Origin: Octopus vulgaris
Taxonomy: Eukaryota
Assembly (NCBI GenBank): GCA_951406725.2
Contig: OX597814.1
Span: 136,834,001 to 136,898,000 of the forward strand
DNA: 64,000 nucleotides
Direction of reading: 5' to 3'
Below are positions 1-12,448 of this stretch, one piece after another. The notes beneath the pieces were generated by a model. It was not told where the DNA came from. It did not search any database and was given only the letters and a program-made list of their open reading frames with translations. How positions within the stretch are numbered: the first letter of the stretch is position 1; the number at the start of each line of letters is the position of its first letter. The position numbers were made by a program, and so were the translations under genes.

Positions 1-184
1 GCTGGAGCACCGCCTTAAAGGGTTTTTGTGGAAGAAATCGACCCCAGGACTTATTCTTTGTAAGCTTAGTACTTATTCCATCGGTCATTTTTGCCGATCG
101 GCTAAGTAAGGGGGCTGTGAACACTTCAACATCACTTGTTAAGTGATAATGAGGGAACAAAGACAGACACAAAGACACATACAC

Positions 185-278
<94 letters not shown>

Positions 279-315
279 GTGACGGGCTTCTTTCAGTTTG
301 TTACACTCACAAGGC
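1..315 (-). mobile_element. tRNA-derived SINE, family A (partial), with internal (GATA)n at ~186-278
   Basis: Reverse complement of body/tail motifs (ggcggtgctccagc, gtcgatt, gaataagtact, gaaagaagcccgtc) shared with the full copy at 46330-46705. Confidence 0.85.
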
Positions 316-886
316 GCTGGTCATTTTACGTCTATAACACACCTGGCCACTGTACATTACTGACCCTACTCTTTCGCAATCATGTGGGATCTATTATATA
401 TTAATCCAGTTTTAATTTTTTATTTTCTGATTGAGTTAAGCACAAAAGAAACAAAAGGTTTAATCAACTGAAATGAGAAACAAAACTTAATACTAGTCGT
501 TCATTTGAGCTCCTCAAGATAAACTGATATTGCAGAATCATAGCTACCCGGTCTTATCGCTACCTATCCAAGTTAAATGAAAACGAAGAACATTTTAAAT
601 CTGTGAGCAGTTAAAGCATCTGAAATGTTGCATTTACAATCCAGACAAATGGACAGTCAATAGAGTGTCAGCAGAATGCTTTGCGCTATCTATTTTGATA
701 TCCTACACGCTGAATTCAAATCACGCCAAGATTAACTTTGCCTTTCATCCTTTACAAATCGGTAAAAGAAACTTATTAGTCTAAGGCAGTGGATTGATGA
801 AATCGTAACAGCGTCGGACCAGATGTTTTGTAGTATTTGTTCTGAGTCTATGTCTTCTGAAGTTTAGATCCTACAACAGCTTATTG

Positions 887-1085
887 CGGAGAGTTGGCAG
901 ACTCGTTAGCATGCCGAGCAAAATGCTTAGCGGCATTCCGTCGGTCCTTACGTTCAAATTCCGCCGAGATCGACTCTGCCTGTCATCCTTTCGGTGTCGA
1001 TAAAACAAGTACCAGTTGAACACTGGGGTTGATGTTGTCGATTTACCTCTTCTCCTGAAATTGCTGGCCTTGTACCATTTGAATA
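887..1085 (+). mobile_element. tRNA-derived SINE, family B; more decayed copies at ~665-870 and ~1320-1430
   Basis: gcggagagttggcag head, ttcaaattccgccgag, gcctgtcatcctttcggtgtcgataaa..agtaccagtt core; matches the copy at 23820-24040. Confidence 0.85.
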
Positions 1086-1435
1086 CTGCCAACAAACGAA
1101 ACTTCATGAATAACTTTAGCGGGATTCACTTTGTTACTAGTATTCAGAGCAGATTTCCTATTTGACGATACATTCTCTCTTCCCTTCCATCAGTCTCGTA
1201 GGTCCTGTAAAGGATAATGGGCACTGCCTTCCCTATCGACAAAAAGATAAAAAGGGCAAGTATCCAAAAAGATCATACATTAAATTATAAACTTCCGCTT
1301 ACGAATACATTATATGTAAAGGCGATAGACTGGCAGTCATCAGAGCGTCAGAGTGCTTTTGCAGTAATTGTTCCGGCTCTCAGCGTTGCCTTTTATCCTT
1401 TCGGGGGTCGATAGAGTACTAGGAGTTAATTCTAA

Positions 1436-1573
<138 letters not shown>

Positions 1574-1879
1574 AAATTGGCTGCGTTCATATCTGGAGAG
1601 GAATAGGATCCGCCAGGTTCATATACCCAAGTCACCGTATATCACGAGAGCATTCCTGTTACTCTATTAAAGCTGAGGACGCCATCACTCATCATTCCAC
1701 TTAACGTGGACGTCCAGTGTCCCACATTACATTAGTCCAGAGGTACTCATTAGATCGGTCCGGAGCCCTGAGAGCAGAGGAAGAACTCGTGACTTGAACT
1801 TTGCTAAAAAAAATTCACACTCCGCTTGAAATTTGAAAGGAGTCATTCTTTCTGGAGCCAGAATGAAGACATGTCCCGC

Positions 1880-3255
1880 TTCTCGGTGGCACTGTTGCAG
1901 GTTGCAAAAACATCAGAAATGGGTATAGTAACCTGTTGTGATAGAAGCAAGTGTACGGCGGCCAGGTATGATAAAGGTAAGTATTTAATGGTCAGGTATA
2001 GTGAAGGTAGATGCTCGGTGGCCAGGTATTGTAGAGGAAGGTGTACAGATATCAGGTAAGTAGCCAGTTGAGATGAAGGTTGATACTCAGTGGCTCAGGT
2101 GTTGTCAGGGAGAGGAGTGCAGTGGCTACGTATGATGGAGATAAGTGTACAGTGCTAGGTGTGTTTAAGGTTAAAATGGCCAGGGTCTCTAGGGATACGT
2201 ATACAGAAGTTAAGTGTGATGGATGTAAGTGTACAATTGACATGTGAAATGGAAATAGGTAACCAGTTGCCAGGTGTTGTATGAGTAAGTGTCCAGTGGT
2301 CTAGTTTGATGGATGTAGGAGTACTGTGGCCTAGTATGATAGAGATAAATTTACTGTGGGTAGGTGTGATGCTGGCAGGTATTCAGCTGTTTTAGGGGTA
2401 GGTGTGCAGTGACTTGTGTGGCGGAGATGAGTTTAGTGTGGCCGGGTATGATGGAAATAGAAACACAGTGGTCAGGTGTTGAAAGGATAGCTGTACAATG
2501 ATCAAGTAATTTGCCGATGAGTTTGCATAGCTTGTGAGTATTTGTGGTTAGTATATGGAAAGCAAATGTGGTACAGGTAGATGTACAGAAATCAGGTGTG
2601 ATACAAATAAGTACACAGTAGTTATGTATGTGGAAGTTAGTCTACAGTGATGAGGCACGGAAGAGTTGATGTGCAATGTTCATGTATGGTAAAGGAAAGC
2701 GTACAGTGGCTAGGTGTGACAAGATCGGTGTGTGGCCAGGTGTGTAAAGTAGTCAAGTGTTTTGAAAGCTGGTGTACAATGATTAGATGTGGTAGCAAAG
2801 AGTATTCAGTGACTAGGTATGTTGAAGGTAATGTTTATTCAGAACAGGTGTGATAGAAGTATGTTTACTGTGAACAGGTGTGACGGCAATGTACTGTGAA
2901 CATATGCGGTGGATGTAGGTATTTGATCAGGTGTGATGGATGTGTTGTAAATATGTGTAGAGTGTACAGTAACAAGGGTGGTGGGAGAAAACTTAGAGCT
3001 GTTAAATATAACGGTGGTAGAACTACACAGTTGCTATGTGTGGTAGAGGTAGGAGTACAATGACCAGACATGATGGAAATATGAGTACGATGACCAGGTG
3101 TTTTGGAAATAAGCGTACAGTAACTGGACGTGGTAGAGGTAAAGAGTACAGTGTTCAAACGCGAGAGAGTACGGTGGAGGTGCGCTGTGAAGTTAGTTGT
3201 TCTCAGGTATTGGCAAGGGATGGAGAGGTGAGCAGCTTTGATGGAGGTGTATGTC
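1880..3255. repeat. Degenerate ~30-bp tandem minisatellite (approx. consensus GTGTACAGTGGCCAGGTGTGATGGAGGTAA)
   Basis: Period of 30 visible at 1951-2060 (gtgtacggcggccaggtatgataaaggtaa / gtatttaatggtcaggtatagtgaaggtag / atgctcggtggccaggtattgtagaggaag); gtacagt...caggtgt recurs throughout. Confidence 0.85.
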
Positions 3256-3351
3256 ATTATGTTATAGTAATAAAATTTACCACAAAAATAATTTATTGGC
3301 GTCTAGACGTATCGATTGAAGCCGAAAATAACCCTTCGGATGTTACCGCCG

Positions 3352-3477
3352 TTATTATTATTGTTGTTGTTGTTGTTGTTGCTAGAGGTTGTGGTGGTGA
3401 CGACGGTGGCAGTGTAGCTGCAACTGTTAAAGTACTACTAATACTCCCATTACTACTACTACTACTACAACTACTAC

Positions 3478-3519
<42 letters not shown>

Positions 3520-3677
3520 CAGTAGTAGTAGTTGTGGTGGTAGTTTTTGTTGGCGTTCTAATTGTTGCCGATGTCATCGTAGTGATTGTTGTCGTTGCAG
3601 GTGATACGTAGTTGTTGTTGGTGCTGCTGCTGCTGCTGCTGCTACTACTACTGTAATTGTTGTTGAAACTGCCTGTC

Positions 3678-3712
<35 letters not shown>

Positions 3713-3722
3713 AATAATAATA

Positions 3723-3808
<86 letters not shown>

Positions 3809-3937
3809 AAGTATTATTATTTTTATTATTATTATTATCATTATTATTATTATTATTATTCAAAAAAACTGGGTGAGGTTTGGTTAGAGGTGTGTGATAT
3901 TACTGGTAGTGCTGTCACTGGAAGTGTCAGGTTGATG

Positions 3938-3968
<31 letters not shown>

Positions 3969-4025
3969 CGGTGGCGGCGGTGGTGATGGCGGCGGCGGCG
4001 GCGGCGGCGGTGGTGGAGGCGGTAG
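3352..4025. repeat. Compound trinucleotide microsatellite field (TTG, CTA, TAG, CTG, ATA, TTA, GGT, GGC)
   Basis: Direct reading; explains the poly-V/I/T/S/N ORFs. Confidence 0.97.
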
Positions 4026-4127
4026 GAATGATAATGAAGGTACTAGATGTGATGATGGTATAGAAGTGTTTATCGGTGTTATTAATGACATAGTGTTAGT
4101 TAATGATACAGTGTTAATAACATCTAA

Positions 4128-4565
4128 GGCGGAAAAAATAAAATTGCTAAGTCGTTATAGCGTCGGGTGGAATATCCAGTGTTATTTGTTTCAGTTCCTT
4201 GCTTTCTGAGTTCAATTCCCACCGAGGATGACTTTAACTTTCACCCCTTTCGGGGTCGATAAAATAAATACCAGTCGAACACTGGAGTCGATGCAATTGA
4301 CTACACCCCTCCCTCAAAACTTCAGGCTCTGTGCCGTCATCAGAAATAATTATTTAAGGCAGCGAGATAGTAGGTTCGTAACCGCCATCGAACAAAATGC
4401 TTAAAGGTATTTGTTCTGGATCTTTATAATCTGAGTTCAAATGTCGCTGAGGTTGACTTTGCCTTTTATTCTTAAGGGGTCGATAAAATATGCAACAGTT
4501 GAGCACCGTGAATCGATGTAATCGACTAGTCCGCTCCCTACATATTTCAAGCCTTGTGCCTATAA
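4128..4565 (+). mobile_element. Two tandem SINE family B copies
   Basis: ctgagttcaa...ctttcggggtcgataaaataaataccagt...gtcgatgcaattgact motif occurs twice. Confidence 0.8.
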
Positions 4566-5261
4566 TGCAAAGGGTTGAGGTCGACTTTGCCTCTTCAGTA
4601 TCGATATAATAGAAAGTTGCAATTCAGGGCGGTAGATTGGCAGGATTGCTTGAACATCAATGGGTGGATTACATTGCGGTATGCAGTATCTATTTCTGCC
4701 CTTTGTGCGCTCTGACAGCAACTCGTATGATGACACCATGACTTTGATATCAGACTGACAGCAACGCCTATGATGACAATCACGATATCAGCACATGACC
4801 TGACACCGATTTTCTATATATCGCTGGCGAGAAGATGAGTTGCTGCTTTCTCTCGCGGGTGAGCGTCTATCATTGATAAGACCAAGAAATGACGAAATCA
4901 CATGATCTGGTGGTCAAATTGCTGGAGATTGAGGAGATTTATCTTCCCGCAAGCGATGTAAACAAGAGTGCATCGTGCACCATGTGCCAATGTGAGGGTT
5001 TCTCTCATGGTATTTACCGCAGTATAGTCTTTTCTAATAGAACATTTACGTTTAAGTGGTGATAAATACTATCTCGCGGTATTAATACCGCCTCTGACGC
5101 TAATATATACTTATAGGCTTTGTGTTTCCTTGGACAATATCAATGACGTGGCAGCTACCCGTCTCTCACAAAAACCATGACTAGGTTTGCGTCTCCGTTT
5201 AGCAGAGGAACTTTCCAGGTACAGAAACTCATGGTCACTTATGACCATTCTCTTTATTATC

Positions 5262-5612
5262 TCTTTTACTCTTTTACTTGTTTCAGTCATTTGACTGTGG
5301 CCATGCTGGAGCACCGCCTTTAGTCGAGCACATCGATCCCATGACTTATTCTTTTGAAGCCTAGTACTTATTCTATCGGTCTCTTGTGCCGAACCGCTAA
5401 GTTATGGGGACGTAAACACACCAGCATCGGTTGTCAAGTGATGTTGGGGGGGGGGGACAAACACAGACACACAAACATACGCAAACACACACATACATAC
5501 ATATACATATATACATACGACGGGCTTGCCCAAGATGCCACACAGTGGGATTGAACCCGGAACCATGTAATTCGTAAGCAAGCTACTTACTACACAACCA
5601 CTCCTACGCCTA
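5262..5612 (-). mobile_element. SINE family A, near full length with an internal deletion
   Basis: Tail ttgtttcagtcatttgactgtggccatgctggagcaccgcc through head gaacccggaaccatg..aagctacttactacacaaccactcctacgcc. Confidence 0.9.
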
Positions 5613-5929
5613 TCATTTATTTATTTTTTTTATTCTTACACATGTTTTAGTCACTGGTGTAGTTTGTTTATGTTCTGCAAATGAACTCGATATGCTAAGT
5701 TTTGCACTTAACGAAAATAAATCCTGGAGTTGATTTGTTCCACTAAAACCATTCGTGGTTGTGATCCAGCATGGTTGCAGTATAATGACTGAGTATTCTA
5801 CACACTGATGCGTTCTCATGTATCTAAAACAAAATAAATAACGAATCTTTAAATTTGTGTTTCCTTACCTTTTCCCTATGAAATTTATTTAAACGAATTT
5901 CCTCCTCGGACCTCTCAATGAAGTACTGT

Positions 5930-6047
5930 TTTTATGGACCATCAGCTATCTCTGAGGACACCACGTTAGGAATCGCAATCTAAGCTATGTGAAATACTTC
6001 AAAATTTTTGCTCTTATTTCAACTTTTTGGCCTAATGTGTCATAATT
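5930..6047 (+). repeat. Left arm of a ~118-bp inverted repeat (partner at 8543-8660)
   Basis: Reverse complement aligns without gaps to 8543-8660 with only a few substitutions. Confidence 0.9.
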
Positions 6048-6055
6048 CCTTTAAC

Positions 6056-6549
6056 CAGGTGTCCCCAAACACTAGGCTGCGGACCCGTACAGAACCGTGG
6101 ATCATTTGGTACCGGGCCGCAAAGAAAGAATAAATTTTAAAATTTTATTTCTGTTTTATTGACTATCACAATCTGCAAGGCGTTTTTGCATTATACAGGG
6201 TGGGCCAAAAGTCACGCACAAAATAAGTTCAACACACTCCGGAATTGTCAAAGGCATGCTTCAATTTTTCCAAAATTGAATATAAATAAATAAAATAATG
6301 AGGAATACACAAGTACTTGTACATGATGGACAAAATGAATGATAACGTAATATAAATAAAATATCAAATGTTTTGGTGCGTACGTTTGGCCCGCCCTATA
6401 TATGTCTTATATGTGTTATTATATATTTGATAATTAAATTATATATTATAGACTTTATTGTGTTTTTGTGATGAGCACGTTACTCTGGTCTGTGGAAAAA
6501 TTGTGTTGCATAAAACCAGTCTGTGGTGCAGAAAGAATGGGAACCACTG
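6056..6549 (+). mobile_element. Non-autonomous hAT (Charlie/MER1-like) MITE
   Basis: Ends caggtgtccccaaac ... gggaaccactg; subterminal gtggaaaaattgt..ataaaaccagtc; 8-bp flanks cctttaac/tcttaaac match at 6 of 8. Confidence 0.75.
6196..6398. mobile_element. Tc1/mariner-type MITE nested inside the hAT MITE
   Basis: TIRs cagggtgggccaaaagtcacgcacaaaa / ttttggtgcgtacgtttggcccgcccta, flanked by TA. Confidence 0.8.
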
Positions 6550-7069
6550 TCTTAAACCATTTCTTTCTTTCTTGGTGTTACTTCGAACATCCAAAGCTCC
6601 CATTGTTTCTTATTCCTATTATTAAATTCACCGACTATTTTCAACACGTCTTTTATTATTCTATGTTATTCCTATATTATTATATTGTTCTCTGTTCCCT
6701 TTCCACTCCATATAACTCTGTCTTGACTTCAATTCATCCCGTCTTTGTTTATCCAACTAGGATTGATTACCAGTCAAGCATCGTATCTCCTTAAATAACG
6801 AACTTTTAACTAAAGCACGTGTTGACTGCCCAACTACCGCCTTCCCTCACCTCCACCATCAATCACCTTAGCTGAACGTCTGCTTTGTTCCCAATTCTGT
6901 GAACCTGTTTTTAATTTATGGTAAAGTGGGTGCCTGCGTAGTTAATGTTATGAACCAAAACATTTTAATTAATTAAAAATACACCTGTGGTGATGTGAAA
7001 ATGCATTAATTTAATGAATAAGATGGTCAAGAAAGGTAGGGGAAATCTTAGGATTTTATATTAATTAAA

Positions 7070-7795
7070 AGCAGAATGCAGTGACGAGTAAGTCTCAACT
7101 TTGGCTGCACAGGGACAATTCTGGGCGTGTTTTGGTCTCGTTAAATCTCATCAGTGAAGCATAGACTAATTGTTATCGCAGATCTTAGAACGACTAGAGA
7201 TATATCAGATTTCAGTGAATTAACAGTGAGTGGTGTGATTATTTAAAATAATGACGAGAGGAAATACCTACGGCCACCTGCTGCATGGAACACAAATAAC
7301 AAAGTGAGCACTAACATACTTAATGAGTCAACAAATACAGATTAATTAGAATTACACGTATAACGATGAGAAAATAACTTCATGATTAATTTCGGTTAAG
7401 AAAGGCGTATAGATTAAAATGAAGTAACAGTGGAAGGCAGTAGTGTCTCAGTTTGATTTTTGGCACACATGGCAAAAATCTCTGGTCGTGATTCAGTTGT
7501 ATAAGACCTTGTCACTGAAGCATAGTCTCAGTATTGTCTCCAGACTTCAGATCTTTGAATGGACCTGACAGAATATAGAGGATTTGGGTAAATGAATACG
7601 CAATGATTATTGTTTTATCATACTGATTGGTATGATAATTTTAAAAACGTGACTGGTGATGGACGGGGAGAATATTCAAATCGACTGCTGCATGAAACAC
7701 AAAGACAAAGTAGACACTAAATACTTAGGGGGTCGTGAAGTTTTAATTGATCAAAATTACACCCGTAGCGATGATGAAATATCAATATATTAATT
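7070..7795 (-). repeat. Old tandem duplication (~350-400-bp unit, two copies) carrying decayed hammerhead-like motifs on the minus strand
   Basis: Shared blocks tgaagcatag, ctgctgcatgRaacacaaa, acaaagt..cactaa, aattacac..cgatga occur in both halves. Confidence 0.7.
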
Positions 7796-7802
7796 ATTAA
7801 TA

Positions 7803-8345
7803 AAGTAGCGAGTTAGCTGAATCATTAGCACGCCGGGCGAAATACATAGCGACATTTCGTACGCCTTTACGTCCTGAGTTCAAATTCCGCTGCGGTCCAT
7901 TTTACCTTTCATCGTTTCGGGATCAATAAACTAAATACCAATTGAATACTAGAGTCGATGTAATCGACTTATCCTTTCCCTTGAAATGCTGACCTTGTGC
8001 CAAAATTTTAAGCCACTGTATCAATTGTTAATTCCGGTGAATAAAAAAGGAAAGAGCGACAACCACAAGTGACTGGACTTAATAGCGCTCTGTCCACAGA
8101 CGAAACTCACTCCAACTTTATTTAAGTTTCAAAGTGTAAGGCGACGTGCAGACACAATCGTTCGTGCGCCAGACAAAACACTTAGAGGTATCTCTTCCGT
8201 CTTTAGGTTCAATGTTCAAATGCCGCAGAAACCGACTTTGCCTTTCATCCTTTCCAGGTCGAGAAAATAATTAGCAGTTGCACACTGGGATCAATGTAAT
8301 CGAGTTTCCTCCTTACTCCAAAATGTGCCTATAGTAGAAAGGAAA
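7803..8345 (+). mobile_element. Two SINE family B copies (~7803-8015 and ~8140-8345)
   Basis: Family B head and core motifs. Confidence 0.8.
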
Positions 8346-8542
8346 AGAAATTCTGGGATTATCTTCAATGTTCTTCTTGATTGAAATTTTTAATTTGATG
8401 AGGAGTCACTTCCTCACCAGAGATCTTAATTTGAATTAACTTTTCTTTTTCGTTACATATACTAGTGCAATTGGTGTTGTTGTTGGAATATACTGAAATG
8501 AACGGACATCTCTAAAAGAGTTCCACTGAGAAAGTATTTTTT

Positions 8543-8660
8543 AATTATGACACATTAGGCCAAAAAATTGAAATAAGAGCAAAAATTTTGAAATATTTCA
8601 CTTAGCTTAGATTGCGATTCCTAACATGGCGTCCGCAGAGATAGCTGATGGTCCATAAAA
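8543..8660 (-). repeat. Right arm of the ~118-bp inverted repeat (partner at 5930-6047)
   Basis: aattatgacacattaggcc...gctgatggtccataaaa is the reverse complement of 5930-6047. Confidence 0.9.
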
Positions 8661-8980
8661 GCATATGGAAGCAGATGCGGCGTCCTTTAAGACTTGAGGA
8701 TAAGGCGAGGAGACTGCGAATGGTATGCCACTAGCTTACACACACCGCATTGTTCTTACAGTCCAAGGGTAAGAGTTAGCTATAAACTACCTATCTAATT
8801 AAAGAAAGAGTGAAGCCCTTAAATTCTGACGGTACGACCGAAGATGTGTAATATGTCACTTTTGTCTTTTTTTGTTTCAGTCGTTTGACTGAGGCCATGC
8901 TGGAACACCGCCTTGAAGGGTTTTAGCCGAACAAATTGATCTCAGGACTTTTCTTCAGCCTAATACTTATTTTATCGCAA

Positions 8981-9069
<89 letters not shown>

Positions 9070-9071
9070 CA

Positions 9072-9103
<32 letters not shown>

Positions 9104-9270
9104 ACGATTCTTTGTCAACTTAATGTGACAGTCCCATTTTGGAGCTAAACAGCAGTAGCATTCGCCCCAAAGTGCCACATTAGATTGGCAAAAAATGGTT
9201 ACTTTACAGTGCTGCTACTGAATATCCCTCTCTGAGAGATTTAGGAACAATAATACCCCTATTTTATATA

Positions 9271-9314
<44 letters not shown>

Positions 9315-9316
<2 letters not shown>

Positions 9317-9455
9317 ACAGGTTTCTTCCAGTTTCCGTCTACCAAATCCACTCACAAGGTTTTGGTCTGCCCAAGGCAATAGTAGAAGACACTTGCCCAA
9401 GATGCTACACAGTGGGATTGAACTCGAAACTATGTAGTTGGGAAACAAGTTTCTT
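9315..9455 (-). mobile_element. SINE family A head/body, interrupted in the tRNA-like head by a LINE-derived insertion
   Basis: gtttccgtctaccaaatccactcacaagg...acttgcccaag...gggattgaactcgaaac..gttgggaaacaagt. Confidence 0.85.
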
Positions 9456-10897
9456 TATTTCTTTTAAATTGCCATAAAGGCATTACACATAGGGGGACAC
9501 TACAACATATGTGGGGACATATAACAATTAAAAACATAAAAATAAAATTTGATATAATGAATGATGCATGAAAATGAACATGAAAAACAAATTAAAATAT
9601 AACATGAATGATATCTGAAAATGATATTATGAAGAGTGTGCTACTCACCCCATACTGAGTAACACCACTCGCCGCCTCTGGGTCCTAAGTCCTTTTCTCC
9701 TTCAGTCTAATTGTTTTCCCCTTTCTCCATCACATAGGGATATCATTCTCTCCGCCATGCATTCATAACCTTTTTCACCGGGGGGGGGGGGGTCTTCTAA
9801 ATTTTGTGGTGTCTGTTCTTTCTTTTTCTTGTGGGGAAATTGGGTGGGTGGGTTTGGTGTCTGTATGGGGAAGGTGGGTCTGAGTGCTCTTGTGTGGGAT
9901 AGAGTTGGACTGGGGTGCCACATCATACTCAGTGTTTTTCTTTTTTCCTCTCTCTCTCCTTCAGCTCTCTGTAACTTTCCATTCTTCCTCCTTTTTCTCC
10001 TTTCCTCCGTCTGTCTTTTCTTCCTCTCTTTTCTCTTCCGCCTCCACAACTGTATCCTCAGCCATTGTCCTCTGTAGAGGGTAGTATGCCCTAATGTGGC
10101 CGGTTTGGGCCACATTTAAAACAACGTGGTACTCTGCCCTCTATCCACACCCTCAGCACGATTTCTCCCAACGTCACTGTTTCTGGCAAGTTCTTCAGTA
10201 GACCCTCCTCCGCCTGAATAATTAGTTCAAGTGTCCTTCCTTTCCACCCTCCTTCTTCTGTTTCTATGGCTTGGAGGACAGTCACCTTCTCGCTTCCAAC
10301 AAAGACAGTTGCCGCTACCCAAGCCACTTCTATATCTGGCGGAATTGCTGCTACCTTCACCTTGGAAGTTTTTTTTCCAAGGTAGGTAAGCATAAGCACT
10401 ACTTCCTCTGTTTTCACCGCCACACTCGCCAGCCTCCTCGCCTCCCCTACTGTCCTAAATTGGACGACCATTGTCCCATATCTTCATTCGGTTATGTACG
10501 TTATCTCCTTTGTTCGTTCCCTCAGCGTCTTTTCCACTCCTGCCCCCACCTGTTCAGCATTTTCTTTTCTTTTCAACGAGTATAGGTGATCGTTTTCTTC
10601 TCCATCCTCTCCATAATTTCTTTGGAGAGCGGCAACTTCACATCGCCGCCCACCTTCTGAGCCATCTTCTCGTACTCCTTCAGACCACCCGAGTCCAGCT
10701 CACTTCGCTTCACCTCCGTGGCTTCAGCAAAACTCCTTGTATTCAACACTCCGTCCATCTTTATGACCGCCGTTACCAGCTCCAACGACGACTACGACAA
10801 CTCAGACCCGTCAAGGTCTGAGTACATCTTCTAAGAAACACAAAAACTACGTCCGACTCTTACAAAATCCAGACAGCAAATAACCCGACGCATGCGC
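9451..10897 (-). mobile_element. ORF1-only (HAL1-like) L1/Tx1-type non-autonomous retroelement, ~1.45 kb
   Basis: 5' UTR, decayed ORF1 and A-rich 3' tail (aaaagaaataaagaa); flanked by ggaaacaagtttctt / ggaagcaagcttctt duplication; no ORF2 sequence present. Confidence 0.7.
10060..10785 (-). pseudogene. Disrupted LINE ORF1 (RRM-like region plus CCHC zinc knuckle, Tx1-like)
   Basis: ORFs 10573-10785 and 10091-10471; KVKVAAIPPDI and VWIEGRVPRCFKCG, then GHIRAY after a 1-nt frameshift. Confidence 0.75.
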
Positions 10898-10907
10898 GGA
10901 AGCAAGC

Positions 10908-11030
10908 TTCTTTATTTCTTTTAAATTGCCCTAAAGGCATTACACAGAGGGAGACACTACAACACATGTGGGGACATATAACAATTAAAAATATAAAAAT
11001 AAAATATGATATAATGAAAGACACATGTTA
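10908..11030 (-). mobile_element. 5'-truncated second copy of the same element's 3' end, inserted in tandem
   Basis: Near-identical to ~9451-9570 (ttctttatttcttttaaattgcc..aaaggcattacaca..gtggggacatataacaattaaaa). Confidence 0.8.
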
Positions 11031-11297
11031 TGTATAGTTAGTTCCTCTTCTCAAATAGTGGAGTGTGATTTGAGGCAGATTTAGTTACTATTTCTAGCAT
11101 ATTGAGCAACTACATGAAGGTCCCTTCCTGCTGTCGTCAACTTGTAGCTACTCGAGAGGAACATTAACTAACAGGTCTTGGTGGTCTGCGAATAACATGG
11201 CTCCAACCTATTCCACCAGAACATATCAATAAAATATATATACAGGTCATGTGAGTTGTACTGTACTTGAAAGAATATCACACACATACACACACAC

Positions 11298-11363
<66 letters not shown>

Positions 11364-12370
11364 GGTTGTATAGGTTGTGCCTGCATTTTCAAAAGACAGA
11401 GCCTGAGAGCATGAAATATGATACTCAGTTATATGTAGTTTAACATTAGTTACAAATGGTTGAATAAAATTTCATTTCTTTACATCAAAGACTTTTATTG
11501 ATTTTTTTTCCTTTCTTTTTTTATAAAAATGAATTAATAAGTTTAAAAAAACGGTTATTTTTAGTTAAATGGCTGATAACATACAGTTAATCATTTCCGG
11601 TTAACAACATCCGGTTAATGGCATCCGCTTGATAACATCGACAAAATGAGGTGGGAGAGAGTGAGAGAGAGGGAGCGGGGGGGGGGGAAAGCTAGAGAAG
11701 GTGAGAAAGAGGAAAACCAGTTTTGAAAAATAAATTGCATGAAAATATATATTTTAGATGTAAACATTACTCCACCACCTCCATTTCTGGGGCTTTTTCC
11801 TCTTATCAAAAAGATAACTCAACGTTAAGGATATAAATAAGACGGCTCATATGGTAGGTTTACCCTTTCTGCACAAGTGTATATAAAACGACTTACTCTA
11901 TGACGTTATTAAAGCAAGCTCTACATGCTTATTGAAACGGAAGCATCTGAAGTTTGTTTATAGCTGTATTAAAGCAGTAACTGGTGAGGGGAGGTTTCAG
12001 TGATATCGCAGTGGCACTCTGCAATAAAATGGTTGCAGTTTACGCTTGTAAGCAACTTGAATAAGTTTTACTTTTAATTCCCTGCTCTTTTTTTTCTTCC
12101 TTTTTTATCATGTAAAGAAAGTAGTTATGCTAAGGGACGATAGGATGTCTATGCAATTAACATGTATTTCATGAACGTATGAGTAATACATGCATTCATT
12201 CATACATACATACATACATACATACATACATACATACATACATACATACATACATACATACATACACGATAACCATGCATTCGTTTATATGAAAATATAC
12301 GTTACAGACACGCACGCATAAAAATGGCATCCAAATTGTTCCGTCCATTTATAATGCCCTTGGTTAAAAC

Positions 12371-12448
<78 letters not shown>

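Noticed and set aside
3036-3887. Long ORFs of 70-190 aa on both strands
   Set aside because: Translations of trinucleotide microsatellites (poly-V/I/T/S/N); no domain content
4712-4800. ATGATGA...CTGA boxes suggesting a C/D snoRNA
   Set aside because: Spacing is too short and the pattern is explained by a ~43-bp tandem duplication
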